Positions 29,781-39,666 of a stretch of DNA of 64,000 nucleotides are shown here, piece by piece. The notes below the pieces were generated by a model. The model was not told the DNA's origin and did not search any database. It saw nothing but the letters and a program-made list of their open reading frames with translations. The position numbers and the translations under genes are program-made. The stretch comes from Deltaproteobacteria bacterium RIFCSPHIGHO2_02_FULL_44_16 (lineage in GTDB: Bacteria; UBA10199; 2-02-FULL-44-16): contig MGRM01000005.1 in NCBI GenBank assembly GCA_001798185.1, forward strand, positions 19,925-83,924, given 5' to 3'. Each line of letters opens with the position of its first letter. The stretch's first letter is position 1.

Positions 29781-30648
29781 ACCTTCAGTGTTAGTCTCCA
29801 TTCTGGCTTATAATCATTTCGATGATTTAATAGAAACGATTCGATGCTTGAAGGCTCAATCCTACAAAGATTTTCATCTTCAGGTGATTGATAACGCATC
29901 CACTGATAATATCGTCCCGAGATTAAAAGAAATCTATTCTGATATTGATGTGATTCAACTGACAAAAAACAGAGGATATACCGGTGGAAACAATGTTGCG
30001 CTCGAAAAAGGTTTTCAACAAGGATATGAATATACCTTCATTCTCAACGATGATATTTCGGTTGAAGTCAATTTTCTCGCGCATCTTATAGAGACGGCAA
30101 AAAGCGATGTTGATTGTGGAGTTGTGGGCGTTATTGAAGAAGATTTTTATACAGGAAAAATAAGAACAATCGGGGGAAGTTCATTTCATTTTCGAAGGGC
30201 GCGAGGGCAATGGTTGAAAGATATTCCAAAATTAGCATCGAACTCTTTACAGGTGGATTATGTTCAAGGCGCTGCTCTTCTGTTTACTGCACGTGCTTTA
30301 GCGCAAGGAATTCGATTTGATGAAAAACTTTTTATGTACTGTGAAGAGATCGATTTGGGATTTCAACTGCGTGAAAAGAAACTCAAAGCTCTTGTGGATC
30401 TGAGAACTCGAGTACGACATAAATCAGTTCCCGGGAAATGGAATTCTTTTCAAGCGTATTATCTTCAACGCAATCGGCTCTATTTATGTCGCAAGTATGG
30501 TTCGCGTGCGATTTTTTTTCAGGCCTGTTGTTATATGTGCTTTATTGAGTTGCCGCTAAAGATGGTGTTGAGAACGCTTCAGGGTCATCCTCGTTTTGCG
30601 TGGGCTTGCGTTCGAGGATGTAAAGCCGCTGTAGAAAATAATATATGA
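29773..30648 (+). CDS. GT2 glycosyltransferase (WbbL/rhamnosyltransferase-like)
   Basis: IDNASTD, NRGYTGGNN, LNDD, FMYCEEIDL. Confidence 0.88.
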   Translation: MNKPSVLVSILAYNHFDDLIETIRCLKAQSYKDFHLQVIDNASTDNIVPRLKEIYSDIDVIQLTKNRGYTGGNNVALEKGFQQGYEYTFILNDDISVEVNFLAHLIETAKSDVDCGVVGVIEEDFYTGKIRTIGGSSFHFRRARGQWLKDIPKLASNSLQVDYVQGAALLFTARALAQGIRFDEKLFMYCEEIDLGFQLREKKLKALVDLRTRVRHKSVPGKWNSFQAYYLQRNRLYLCRKYGSRAIFFQACCYMCFIELPLKMVLRTLQGHPRFAWACVRGCKAAVENNI

Positions 30649-32060
30649 TGAAGACACAACATGCAATTCGGATACATCCTGCGGTATTTGTTTATGTATT
30701 AGCGTTTGTTTCTCCATTTGCGATTTATGGAATTGGTATCGGTGAAGTTGGTTTTACGCCGATCAATTTTTTGAGTATTCTTTTTTTTCCTGCTTTTCTG
30801 ATGTTCTTTTTATTTAAGAATTGGTCATTAAAAAATTTAACTCTCGTGGGAGTTCTTCATCTTGCATATTTTGTTTTTGCATTTCTTGCTTCTGCATTTG
30901 CGACGAAACATATGGCAGCTGTCAGAGGGTCCGTTGGATATCTAATTGATTTTTTTCTCTGTTACCTTTTTGCCGTTTATTTTATTCAAGAAGAAAAACA
31001 GATTCGAACGGTTCTGAAAATATTTATTTTTGTAGGCGCTGTGAATGCCGTCATGGGACTCGTACAATTTGGTGGATTTTTCTTTTTTGGAGAAATGATT
31101 GCTCCTCCTTTTGTTCATTTCTTTCATGAAGAAGTCTCTACGAAAAATTTTGGCTATGGAACAGGCCTCTTCTCTATTGCTGGATTTATGAAGATGTATG
31201 GATTTTTAGGAGCAGGCTCTGATGCTTTTGGGGGATACACGCTCATTTCTCTCGCTTTTTCGATGTACTTTTTCCAAAGAAAAAAGAATTTTTTCTACGC
31301 TTTTCTTATCGTATTTTTTGGAATCACTTTATTGCTCAGTTGTGCGCGTAACGCGTATGTGGGAACACTTTTCTTTTTTCTTTTCCTCTATTTTTTTTAC
31401 CGTCCTCTCAAGGAAAAAATATTTCAACGCATCTTCAAGGTCTTTAGCCTCGTTTTCATTGTTATTTTTCTTGTGGGGGGGGGTTATATCACACAGAACA
31501 TGAAGGCCTTTGAAAGCGCAGAAATTCAGGTTTCAGCCACTTCTGCATATAAAACGCCAATTTTTTTACTTCAAAGAGTGAATCCTTTTGCTTCTGCGAG
31601 CTTTCAAATCTCTCTGGTCGATTTTTTTTGGGGACATCTCAAATATGCACTTGTTCATGGTTTTGATAATTTTGGTTTAGGGATGGGATTGCAAAATTTT
31701 GATGACTATGTCTCTGCAATCTATGGAGTGAAATATGGATCTCATTCAGACTTTATTTTGACGCTTGGAGGAAGTGGTTATATTGGGCTCCTGATTCAAA
31801 TGTTGATCATTTTTTGTACCATACGCTATGGTCTTAAGGCCTACTATCAACAGCCTCGTGAAAATATAGATTCTCTTCCACTCTTTTTAACAGCATTATT
31901 TGTGGGAATGGTAGCGATTGGAATCGTCAGAACGTTTTACTTCGTTCCCTATAATTTTCTTATCATCGGATTGATTGTCAGATTGTATACGATAAAAGCG
32001 AATGAGTATCGAGAAGCTGGCGCTATACAATCCTACAACAAAAAGAAAAACGGAAAATGA
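30645..32060 (+). CDS. O-antigen polymerase/ligase family (Wzy/WaaL-like)
   Basis: About 12 TM segments; S.AR motif; GLGMGLQNF and HSDF loop typical of Wzy_C. Confidence 0.7.
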   Translation: MMKTQHAIRIHPAVFVYVLAFVSPFAIYGIGIGEVGFTPINFLSILFFPAFLMFFLFKNWSLKNLTLVGVLHLAYFVFAFLASAFATKHMAAVRGSVGYLIDFFLCYLFAVYFIQEEKQIRTVLKIFIFVGAVNAVMGLVQFGGFFFFGEMIAPPFVHFFHEEVSTKNFGYGTGLFSIAGFMKMYGFLGAGSDAFGGYTLISLAFSMYFFQRKKNFFYAFLIVFFGITLLLSCARNAYVGTLFFFLFLYFFYRPLKEKIFQRIFKVFSLVFIVIFLVGGGYITQNMKAFESAEIQVSATSAYKTPIFLLQRVNPFASASFQISLVDFFWGHLKYALVHGFDNFGLGMGLQNFDDYVSAIYGVKYGSHSDFILTLGGSGYIGLLIQMLIIFCTIRYGLKAYYQQPRENIDSLPLFLTALFVGMVAIGIVRTFYFVPYNFLIIGLIVRLYTIKANEYREAGAIQSYNKKKNGK

Positions 32061-33221
32061 TGCCATGTTTGTCGAGAGTGGGATATGGTGAAATAAAAAA
32101 GGAAGCCAGATGACAAGACAATGAATTGTCAGAAGAGATATTTTTTCTTTTTTCCCAAAACGTAAAGAAGGAGCCAGTAAAAAAGGAAGAGCGATCCAAA
32201 AAAGAGGCCAACCATAGGCCATGAGGCGAAAACCTCCGGGTCCCAAAACAGGACCAAGAATGAATGAAAAGAATCCGTAGAAAAAAAGAATAAAAAATCC
32301 AAGAGGCATTTTTCGAAGGGCGTGAGAACGTAAGAAAAAAAGAAGAAAAAGCGGCCCAATACCAAAAACTGTCAGCAATGATATCAATGTGTGCAGAGGT
32401 TGCGAAAAATCAAAACCACAAAAACCGATGTTTTGAATTTTTCCAAAAGTGAGCCAAGCAGGAAGAGTTTTTGTAAAAGAAGGTGAACAGTAATCGAGTG
32501 TATTGGTCCAGATATTGAGTCCTAAAAAATTACCGCAAAAATTAAAAATCATTTTTGCAGGGATATAAAAGAGATTTGAAAGCTGGTGTTTGTTCGGAAG
32601 TCCATGATGGCTCAAATATCCCGAGAGCAGCATGCTTCCGAGCGAAATAAAAATGGTGGTTGCAGCTAAAGTCCACCGCTTGTGAAAGAAAAAACAAGCT
32701 GTCAAAACCAACGAAAGAAGAAGTGTTGCTTCTCGTGTGAGAAAGAGAGGGATGAGAAGCAAGAGCGCAAGAGAGTACTTTTTCTTTACGAGCAAGAAAG
32801 AAAAAAAAGCAACTTCAACGCCGTAAAAAAGATCATGCAATTCGTAATCATAAAACATTTGACTGAGAGCCGGTGTCAGGAGGAGAGGGATGGCCGTCCA
32901 TGCCGGCAAATCTGCTTGCTTTATGAAGTAGGTCAGAAGAAAACAAAAGAAAAAGAGGTTGATCAAAGCAATAAAAAAAAATGATTTCCAAAGCTCAAGG
33001 GAAGTCAGTGCTGAAAATGCTTTTACGAAATAGGGATGAAGAATTCTTTTATTAAAAGGTTGGGGAACATCTGATATTTCCCCCTTTGCGATATGCGTAT
33101 AATATTTTCCGTCAGGCATTTTATAGATTGGATTGATGTGAGGAAGTTTATTCCATGAAACAAGAAACGTCGCCAAAAATAGAGTGAAAGAGATGAATCC
33201 TATTGATGCAAGCCTTTTCAT
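31896..33221 (-). CDS. Multi-pass membrane protein, GT-C-like
   Basis: 441 aa, very hydrophobic; PDGKYY and PFNKRIL after TM1; TRE motif. Confidence 0.6.
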   Translation of the reverse strand: MKRLASIGFISFTLFLATFLVSWNKLPHINPIYKMPDGKYYTHIAKGEISDVPQPFNKRILHPYFVKAFSALTSLELWKSFFFIALINLFFFCFLLTYFIKQADLPAWTAIPLLLTPALSQMFYDYELHDLFYGVEVAFFSFLLVKKKYSLALLLLIPLFLTREATLLLSLVLTACFFFHKRWTLAATTIFISLGSMLLSGYLSHHGLPNKHQLSNLFYIPAKMIFNFCGNFLGLNIWTNTLDYCSPSFTKTLPAWLTFGKIQNIGFCGFDFSQPLHTLISLLTVFGIGPLFLLFFLRSHALRKMPLGFFILFFYGFFSFILGPVLGPGGFRLMAYGWPLFWIALPFLLAPSLRFGKKEKISLLTIHCLVIWLPFLFHHIPLSTNMASFSVFLFVVGLYSASFSILIRFYRIQSDNQSDDKKIIGNEVKRSDDSNRYHSHK

Positions 33222-33306
33222 GTGGTTGATTTAATTCCTTCATTCCCTTTCGTCAATCGGATGTCGACTAAAGAAAGATCGTCAAGAAAGATCAAAGAGA
33301 AGATTT

Positions 33307-34500
33307 ATGAAAATACTCCTCCTTACTTCTGGTATTCTCCCCGACACGCACAGTGGTATTGCAAAAGTCGCCTATTATACAGGACGAGAATTGTGTGAGA
33401 GTGGCCATCAGGTGGTTGTTTTAACACGGCGTTATAAGGAGCATCATGCAGTCACTGAGGAAATCAACGGAATGCATTATTATCGTATTCCTTATCCCGA
33501 TCGATGGGGAGTTTTTCATGTGACGTGGCCTCTGGTTGCTGCCGTCAAATCATGGATATGGCAAAAGCGGATTCACCGCATTCATCCGGATGTGGATGCG
33601 GTCTGGATTTTGAACCCATGGTGGACGTTGTTGCTCAACCCTCGTAAACTTTGGCCCCGTGCAAAGCTTATCTGTCAATTTTATGGGAATCCGTATGATG
33701 AAATCACCGCAAATAATGGCAAGACGTTCAAAGCTCGTCTTTTTGCACGACTCTACATGGCGGTTTCAAAACAGTGTATGCGTCTCTCTCATTATGTGGC
33801 GATGCCAAGTCAATTTGCCTATGATGACGCTGTTGCCATGATGGGGGCAAATGCCCAAAAAAAATTAGTTCTTATTCCGCATGGTGTGGACGTTGATTGT
33901 TATCGGACTGCATCGTCAGAGGAAAAACAGGATTTAAAGAAAAAACTTCAGTTGCCACATGACAGGCCCATCTTTATAACAGCTCGAGGGCTTAAACGTC
34001 GAACGGGAGTGGATAAACTCATTACCGCTGCATCTCTTTTAAAAAAAGAGGGATTCCTCTTTTATCTTGTGGTGATTGGAAAGGGCCCCATGAAAGAAGC
34101 CATTCAACAACAGATTCAGGCTCTGCGTCTCGACGATTCCGTAACATTGTTAAGTGATCTTTCCGAAGAAAAACTTGCAGCGTATTATCGAGCGAGTGAT
34201 GTTTTTGTCCTTCCCACACAAGCAGCTGAGGCTTTCGGGCTTGCAACGATTGAAGCCATTGCAGCAGGGCTTGTTGCGTTTGGCACGAACAATGGCGCAA
34301 CTCCAGAAATCCTCAACCGTTATCAGCCGGAATGGATTATTCCGGGAAGTGATGAAAAAAGTATTTATCATAAAATGAAAGAATTTTGTCGGGATCCGCA
34401 AAAGTTTACGATCCCTTATGAGGATATGAAAGCGATCACGGCCAAACATTATAGTTGGACAAGTGCAGCAAAGAAATTTGCTCATACTTGTTCCCATTGA
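33307..34500 (+). CDS. GT4 glycosyltransferase
   Basis: SGI, IPHGVD, SDVFVLPT, EAFGLATIEA. Confidence 0.92.
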   Translation: MKILLLTSGILPDTHSGIAKVAYYTGRELCESGHQVVVLTRRYKEHHAVTEEINGMHYYRIPYPDRWGVFHVTWPLVAAVKSWIWQKRIHRIHPDVDAVWILNPWWTLLLNPRKLWPRAKLICQFYGNPYDEITANNGKTFKARLFARLYMAVSKQCMRLSHYVAMPSQFAYDDAVAMMGANAQKKLVLIPHGVDVDCYRTASSEEKQDLKKKLQLPHDRPIFITARGLKRRTGVDKLITAASLLKKEGFLFYLVVIGKGPMKEAIQQQIQALRLDDSVTLLSDLSEEKLAAYYRASDVFVLPTQAAEAFGLATIEAIAAGLVAFGTNNGATPEILNRYQPEWIIPGSDEKSIYHKMKEFCRDPQKFTIPYEDMKAITAKHYSWTSAAKKFAHTCSH

Positions 34501-34510
34501 AATAAACAAA

Positions 34511-36427
34511 ATGTATTATTTCTTTCAGAAAAAATGGAGATGGTTCAAAAAGCACCTTATCGGTTGTTATCGATTACTCCGATATGGATCTTTCGAAAAA
34601 GTTGCATTTTTTGAGATCACGACTCCTGAAAATATTTTTGGACCTTCATTTTTTGACTTTATTGCTTGTATCCCCCGTGTTCTTCAAGAGATGGCATGGA
34701 CCTTGGTTCGGACATATCAAACAACATTTTGGGAATCCTGCGTTCTGAAGCCCGATCATCTCTCTCGTCCTTTTGAAGGAGATTATGGAAAGTTTCGAGT
34801 GAGAAGCATTTATAGGAATGCTTTTTCCCTTTTTCACTCACGTTGCGGGAAAATACATCTCGATCTTGCAAATGATTCGGATGCGGAAGGTTTTTATTTT
34901 TCTATTGGAAAACAATTTATCACAATGAAAAAAGGCGTTTTGGAAATTTTTCTTGAAAGCGATGGAAATTCAACCAAAATATTTTCGAAACCCTTACAAA
35001 TGCTTCGTCATAATTGGAACTGGTTCTATTTTTCTTTGGATACTTTGAAGAACATCTCCAAGCACTCTCATTATATTGGCGCAAAATATGATTTTAGGTG
35101 GAATCTTAGCGAGAAAAAGAGAAAGGTATTTATTTCTACGCTTATAATCAAAAGAAAAAAACAAGAAAGAATTTTCCTTCTTCTTGTTGCTGATGCTGTG
35201 CGTCCATCAGATATAGGACTGTATGGTCAATCCTCTTTGACCCCTCATCTCGATACATTTTTTTCTTCGGGTGCAGTTTTCCGAAATAGTTTTGCGCAAA
35301 GCAATTGGACTCTTCCTGTCTTTGCCTCTCTAGCAACGTCTCAATATGCTTCACAGCACGGGGTTGTTGATCCAGACATCTACTTGCGATGTCTTCCACC
35401 TCATGTTCCGACATTAGCGGAACTTATGCGTGCAAATGGTTTTTTTACATATGCTTCTGTGGCACACCATCGTTGCAATCATTCCATTGGTCACCATCGA
35501 GGTTATGAATATTTTGATTATTCGCAAACAGTAGAGGTGAAATATAACTCCATGGGAATCCCTGGAAAAAATAATATGTACCGGCAACTTCAAAACCTTT
35601 GTGCGCGATTGGATAATTTCCGTGGCGCTGATTTTTTTGGAATGGTTCATTTTTTTGATACACATATTCCTTATCTTTATAATCGTAATGAACTTAATAC
35701 ACGTCATCTTCTTTTTCAGAAATCAGTGGACCAATGTGTCATGGAATCCCTTTCTCATAAATTGAAAGGAGAAGAATATCACTATCTTCTTTATAGATAT
35801 CAGATGCGATTAGCTGAGCTGGATCAAGCTCTTCTCAAAGTATTTAGGATCCTTAAAAAAAGAGAGAAAGTAACTGTCATTTTTATGTCGGATCATGGTT
35901 TTTCTTTTGAAAATCCGCTTGCTTGGGATTTGTCTTTTGATAAAATCGAAACTCCCTTTTTAATCCGCTCCAATGAGTTTGATCTTCAACGAGGAATACA
36001 GAATCGTATGGTTGAGTCTTCGCTTGATGTTCTTCCAACAATAACAAACCTTTATAATATCCAAGATTCTGTTCTGCGATCTGGAACTCCTTTATTTGAT
36101 CATGTGGGGAAAATAATATTAAAAGAATATGCAATTTCAGAGCACGTCTATGACGACATTTATCAGTTGCGTCTCATCGGAAAAGAAAAACTCTCCCTTC
36201 TTTTTGAAACAAGCCGACATCGAAAGACAGGATCAATTGATATTGATGGAATGAGGTTGAAAAACTGTTGTTATCAAGGACTTTCACCGAGTATCGGGAA
36301 CCATCTCTTTTTAAGTTTTCTTGAAAAAGCCAAGCTTCCATTTTCTTTAAAAAAGAAATTACAACAACTGATCAGTCAAAATGCACTTCAAGATCAACCT
36401 GAAGTTGCAAGTGAAGGAGCTCTATGA
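34511..36427 (+). CDS. Alkaline phosphatase/sulfatase-fold protein with Thr nucleophile (paralog 2)
   Basis: ADAVR, QSNWTLPVFAS, HFFDTH, SDHG; collinear with 22189-24030. Confidence 0.8.
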   Translation: MYYFFQKKWRWFKKHLIGCYRLLRYGSFEKVAFFEITTPENIFGPSFFDFIACIPRVLQEMAWTLVRTYQTTFWESCVLKPDHLSRPFEGDYGKFRVRSIYRNAFSLFHSRCGKIHLDLANDSDAEGFYFSIGKQFITMKKGVLEIFLESDGNSTKIFSKPLQMLRHNWNWFYFSLDTLKNISKHSHYIGAKYDFRWNLSEKKRKVFISTLIIKRKKQERIFLLLVADAVRPSDIGLYGQSSLTPHLDTFFSSGAVFRNSFAQSNWTLPVFASLATSQYASQHGVVDPDIYLRCLPPHVPTLAELMRANGFFTYASVAHHRCNHSIGHHRGYEYFDYSQTVEVKYNSMGIPGKNNMYRQLQNLCARLDNFRGADFFGMVHFFDTHIPYLYNRNELNTRHLLFQKSVDQCVMESLSHKLKGEEYHYLLYRYQMRLAELDQALLKVFRILKKREKVTVIFMSDHGFSFENPLAWDLSFDKIETPFLIRSNEFDLQRGIQNRMVESSLDVLPTITNLYNIQDSVLRSGTPLFDHVGKIILKEYAISEHVYDDIYQLRLIGKEKLSLLFETSRHRKTGSIDIDGMRLKNCCYQGLSPSIGNHLFLSFLEKAKLPFSLKKKLQQLISQNALQDQPEVASEGAL

Positions 36428-37125
36428 ATTTTACTGAATTTTGCGCGAAATCTTATCCTGAAAAATCAGTGTTTGATCGAAAACAATTTGACCCGTTTAC
36501 GAATTTCGTCAAATGGTTTGCGATGCGTTTTGGGTATTTTCTTTTTCAAGGTGGTGTCACCGCAAATACGCTCGATGTTCTTGCTCTTTTACTTTCTTTC
36601 CTCGGTTTTTTCTTTTTCTCGACGGCAAGAGATGGACATATCGTGCTTCCTTTTCTTGGGATTGCACTGCTTTATTTTCATATTTTTGTTGATTTTGTGG
36701 ATGGCACCCTTGCCAAAGCTTCAGGAACGACGAGCCTTTTAGGACATTATCTGGACGAAATTGGTTGTGATATCGATCGTATGCTTTTGCTCGTTTTATT
36801 TGGTGTGTATACGGGGAAAATATTTTTTATTCTTGGTAATTGTTTTGCGGTTGGTATTCTCATTCGTTTAGCCCCCTTAACAAAAAAAGAACTTCCGACC
36901 ACAGGAAAAATCGGGGCGTTATGTCGTTTGTATGTCTACAAATACTCCTTTCTTTCAGTACGGTTTATGTTAGCGATTCTTCCCCTTTTATTGGGACTTG
37001 TTCTCTTGATGAGATGGGATCTTCAGTTGCTTTCAACGCTCCTCTCTCTTTTTTATGAGATCGCTGCAGTCGTTTGGCTTTTTTTATGTATTCCTCAATT
37101 TAAAGAGAAAGCGAAGGTGGTGTGA
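36424..37125 (+). CDS. CDP-alcohol phosphotransferase family
   Basis: TAN, DFVDGTLAK...GHYLD...D signature; multiple TM segments. Confidence 0.85.
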   Translation: MNFTEFCAKSYPEKSVFDRKQFDPFTNFVKWFAMRFGYFLFQGGVTANTLDVLALLLSFLGFFFFSTARDGHIVLPFLGIALLYFHIFVDFVDGTLAKASGTTSLLGHYLDEIGCDIDRMLLLVLFGVYTGKIFFILGNCFAVGILIRLAPLTKKELPTTGKIGALCRLYVYKYSFLSVRFMLAILPLLLGLVLLMRWDLQLLSTLLSLFYEIAAVVWLFLCIPQFKEKAKVV

Positions 37126-38162
37126 TGACAATCAAAGTAGGTATCAATGGTCTGGGCCGGATCGGGCGTGCCATTGTACGCATTCTTCTTGAGCGCGCTG
37201 ATATTGAGATCGTGGCTGTCAATGATATCAATCCCGATATCGAAAATATGGCATATCTTCTGAAATATGATTCCACCTATGGGAAACTCCCGTTTTCTGT
37301 AACAACTGGCGAACATGAAATCATTATCGGAAATGAAAAGCGGATGCATATTTTTCATCATCATCTGATTACAGATGTTCCATGGGAGAAGTATGGAGTA
37401 GAAGTAGTCGTCGATTCCTCCGGGGTACGAAAAAATCTTTTGGAAGCGCGAAACCTCAAAGGGAGAGTCAAACGGTGTATTGTGACTCATTCACCTCCAT
37501 CTACCGACGTTGATCGAACGATTATTCTTGGAGCAAATGAGCAGGAATGGGATCCCAAAAAGGATTTTCTTCTCTCTAGTAGCATTTGTGATGCAAATGC
37601 TTTTGCTCCCGTTGCAAAAGTTCTAGATAATAGCTTCGGAATTACACACGGTTTTTTAACGACACTTCATCCGTGGCTCAACTATCAGAATCTTTTGGAT
37701 GGACCTTCGATTTCTTATGCAACGCCAGGAGAAATTCATGATTATTATGCCTTAGGGAGAGCAAGCACTGGTTCTCTTATTCCGAAAACAACTTCTGCTA
37801 TTAAGGCTTCGGAAGCAGTATTGAAAAGTCTTCGAGATAAATTTTTATCTATGTCGTATCGTGTGCCGACGATGATTGTTTCATCCGCTGATCTTTCCGT
37901 GCAGCTTGAAAAACAGACCACACTTGAAGAAGTCAAGCAGGCTTTTGAAGAGATGGCTCAAAACCAAAAGTGGAATATCATTTATAATAACAAAGAAGCC
38001 CTCGTTTCTACGGATTTTACGGGTTGCGCCTCTTCAGCGGTAGTCGACCATCGCTGGATGAGACTGAATGAACATAATTATTTAAAAATGGTCCTCTGGT
38101 ACGACAATGAGTGGGGTTACTCTTCCCGTGTTGTCGATCTCATTGCTTATATTTCACAATGA
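37125..38162 (+). CDS. GAPDH-family dehydrogenase, divergent
   Basis: GINGLGRIGR, LKYDSTYG, RVPT, WYDNEWGYS; active site SSSICDANA. Confidence 0.85.
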   Translation: MTIKVGINGLGRIGRAIVRILLERADIEIVAVNDINPDIENMAYLLKYDSTYGKLPFSVTTGEHEIIIGNEKRMHIFHHHLITDVPWEKYGVEVVVDSSGVRKNLLEARNLKGRVKRCIVTHSPPSTDVDRTIILGANEQEWDPKKDFLLSSSICDANAFAPVAKVLDNSFGITHGFLTTLHPWLNYQNLLDGPSISYATPGEIHDYYALGRASTGSLIPKTTSAIKASEAVLKSLRDKFLSMSYRVPTMIVSSADLSVQLEKQTTLEEVKQAFEEMAQNQKWNIIYNNKEALVSTDFTGCASSAVVDHRWMRLNEHNYLKMVLWYDNEWGYSSRVVDLIAYISQ

Positions 38163-38926
38163 TTATTCCAAAATGTATTGCTTTTGATTTTGATGGTGTC
38201 CTCTGCGATTCTTTAGATGAGACCATGGTTGTTTCCTATTATGCTTATGGTACGTTACATGAATTAAATCGGATACATCCTTATAGCTGTGATCATGTTC
38301 CTCAGGAACTCGCAAAAATATTTTTCCATTTCCGACCACTGGTACGAGTTGCAGAGGAATATTATCTTCTGTGGGCGCTCATCCTTGAACGCGCAGATCT
38401 CAAAGAGACAGAGCCGCTTTGTGAACAAGCTCAGCACATTCCGTTTCCAAAGCAACAATTTCGCGAGCTTTTTTTTCAAGAGAGGAAAAATTGGAGAGCC
38501 AACAATGAAGCATCATGGAAGAGGCATCTCTCACTTTATCCGGAAATGAAACTTACCTTAAAAATTTTAAAAGATCGTGAGACTCCTACTTTTATTGTTT
38601 CATCTAAAGATGAAGCCGCGATACGTCAAATTCTTTCCTTGCATGATGTTTCATGGCGAGCTGAAGATATTTTTGGTGCCGAAAAAAACCTTGATAAGGA
38701 TCGACTTTTTCAGTTGTTATTGAAAGTCAAACAGCTTTCTTCTTCTGAACTTTTTTTTCTTGATGATAATTTAGTGAATCTTCGCTTGGCAAAGCGTATT
38801 GGCATACAGGGAGCAATGGCAGCGTGGGGTTATAATTTTAAACACGAACAGAAAATAGCCCTCGATGAGGGATTTGAAATTTTTCAACTTAAAGACATCC
38901 ACACACGTATTCATTATGTTTCATGA
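38159..38926 (+). CDS. HAD-superfamily hydrolase
   Basis: FDFDGVLCDS, SSK, FLDD. Confidence 0.85.
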   Translation: MIIPKCIAFDFDGVLCDSLDETMVVSYYAYGTLHELNRIHPYSCDHVPQELAKIFFHFRPLVRVAEEYYLLWALILERADLKETEPLCEQAQHIPFPKQQFRELFFQERKNWRANNEASWKRHLSLYPEMKLTLKILKDRETPTFIVSSKDEAAIRQILSLHDVSWRAEDIFGAEKNLDKDRLFQLLLKVKQLSSSELFFLDDNLVNLRLAKRIGIQGAMAAWGYNFKHEQKIALDEGFEIFQLKDIHTRIHYVS

Positions 38927-39638
38927 ATTGTCATTAAAACAGTATAGTCTTCTCAATTCTCATTACCGTATGATAGAGATAAATAATGTATTGTATCTTG
39001 AAAAAAAGATTACTCTTCATCCCTCATGGGGAAGACCTCATGTTGAAGCGCTTTTTGAGCTCACGCTCACCTATATTGAACAATTGCAGAAAGCGAATAT
39101 TTATTTTCCTGCTGTCAAAACTGCAACTAGAGGAGAAAATTATTTTCTCTTTTTGTGTGAATATAAAGGAATCAATGGGGTTCAGTATATAGAGGAGTAT
39201 GGGTTTCCCATGTTTCTTGCTCCAGGTGGCTTTTTGAATCAAATGTTTGAAATCATTCGTCAAGCGCAACATCAAAAAATTTCTCTCGATCCCCATATCA
39301 AAAATTTTGTCTTTGATGGAGAAAAAGTTTGGTATGTTGATTTTTCCCCGCCGTGGGGAAAGGAATATTATCAGTTACGTTTTTCAGTTGCTTCAGGTGA
39401 AGAAAAAAAAATTCTTCGTTCCTTTTTTTCCTGTTTTGAACCAAAACAACTAGGGTATCATGCAGCAAGTGATCTTCTCAAAACTGACTCTTCATCTCTT
39501 GCGATGATGCCGAAAATCTATGATGCATTGCATAAGCGAGGTATGGTCACGAGTTTGTATGAATATTTTCTGGAAGAGGGAAGCAGAATTCGTGAGGCTG
39601 AAGCAACTCGCGAGATGAAGGACCTTTTCCTTTTATAA
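38916..39638 (+). CDS. Hypothetical protein with kinase-like catalytic loop
   Basis: LDPHIKNF...YVDF resembles the D-x4-N and DF motifs of the protein-kinase-like fold. Confidence 0.5.
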   Translation: MFHELSLKQYSLLNSHYRMIEINNVLYLEKKITLHPSWGRPHVEALFELTLTYIEQLQKANIYFPAVKTATRGENYFLFLCEYKGINGVQYIEEYGFPMFLAPGGFLNQMFEIIRQAQHQKISLDPHIKNFVFDGEKVWYVDFSPPWGKEYYQLRFSVASGEEKKILRSFFSCFEPKQLGYHAASDLLKTDSSSLAMMPKIYDALHKRGMVTSLYEYFLEEGSRIREAEATREMKDLFLL

Positions 39639-39666
39639 TAAGTTTTACCTTGATAGGAGATTTTTT

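Noticed and set aside
32973..32981. A9/T8 homopolymers (also 45663-45671, 47042-47050)
   Set aside because: Expected in AT-rich Lys/Phe codons; frames are intact.
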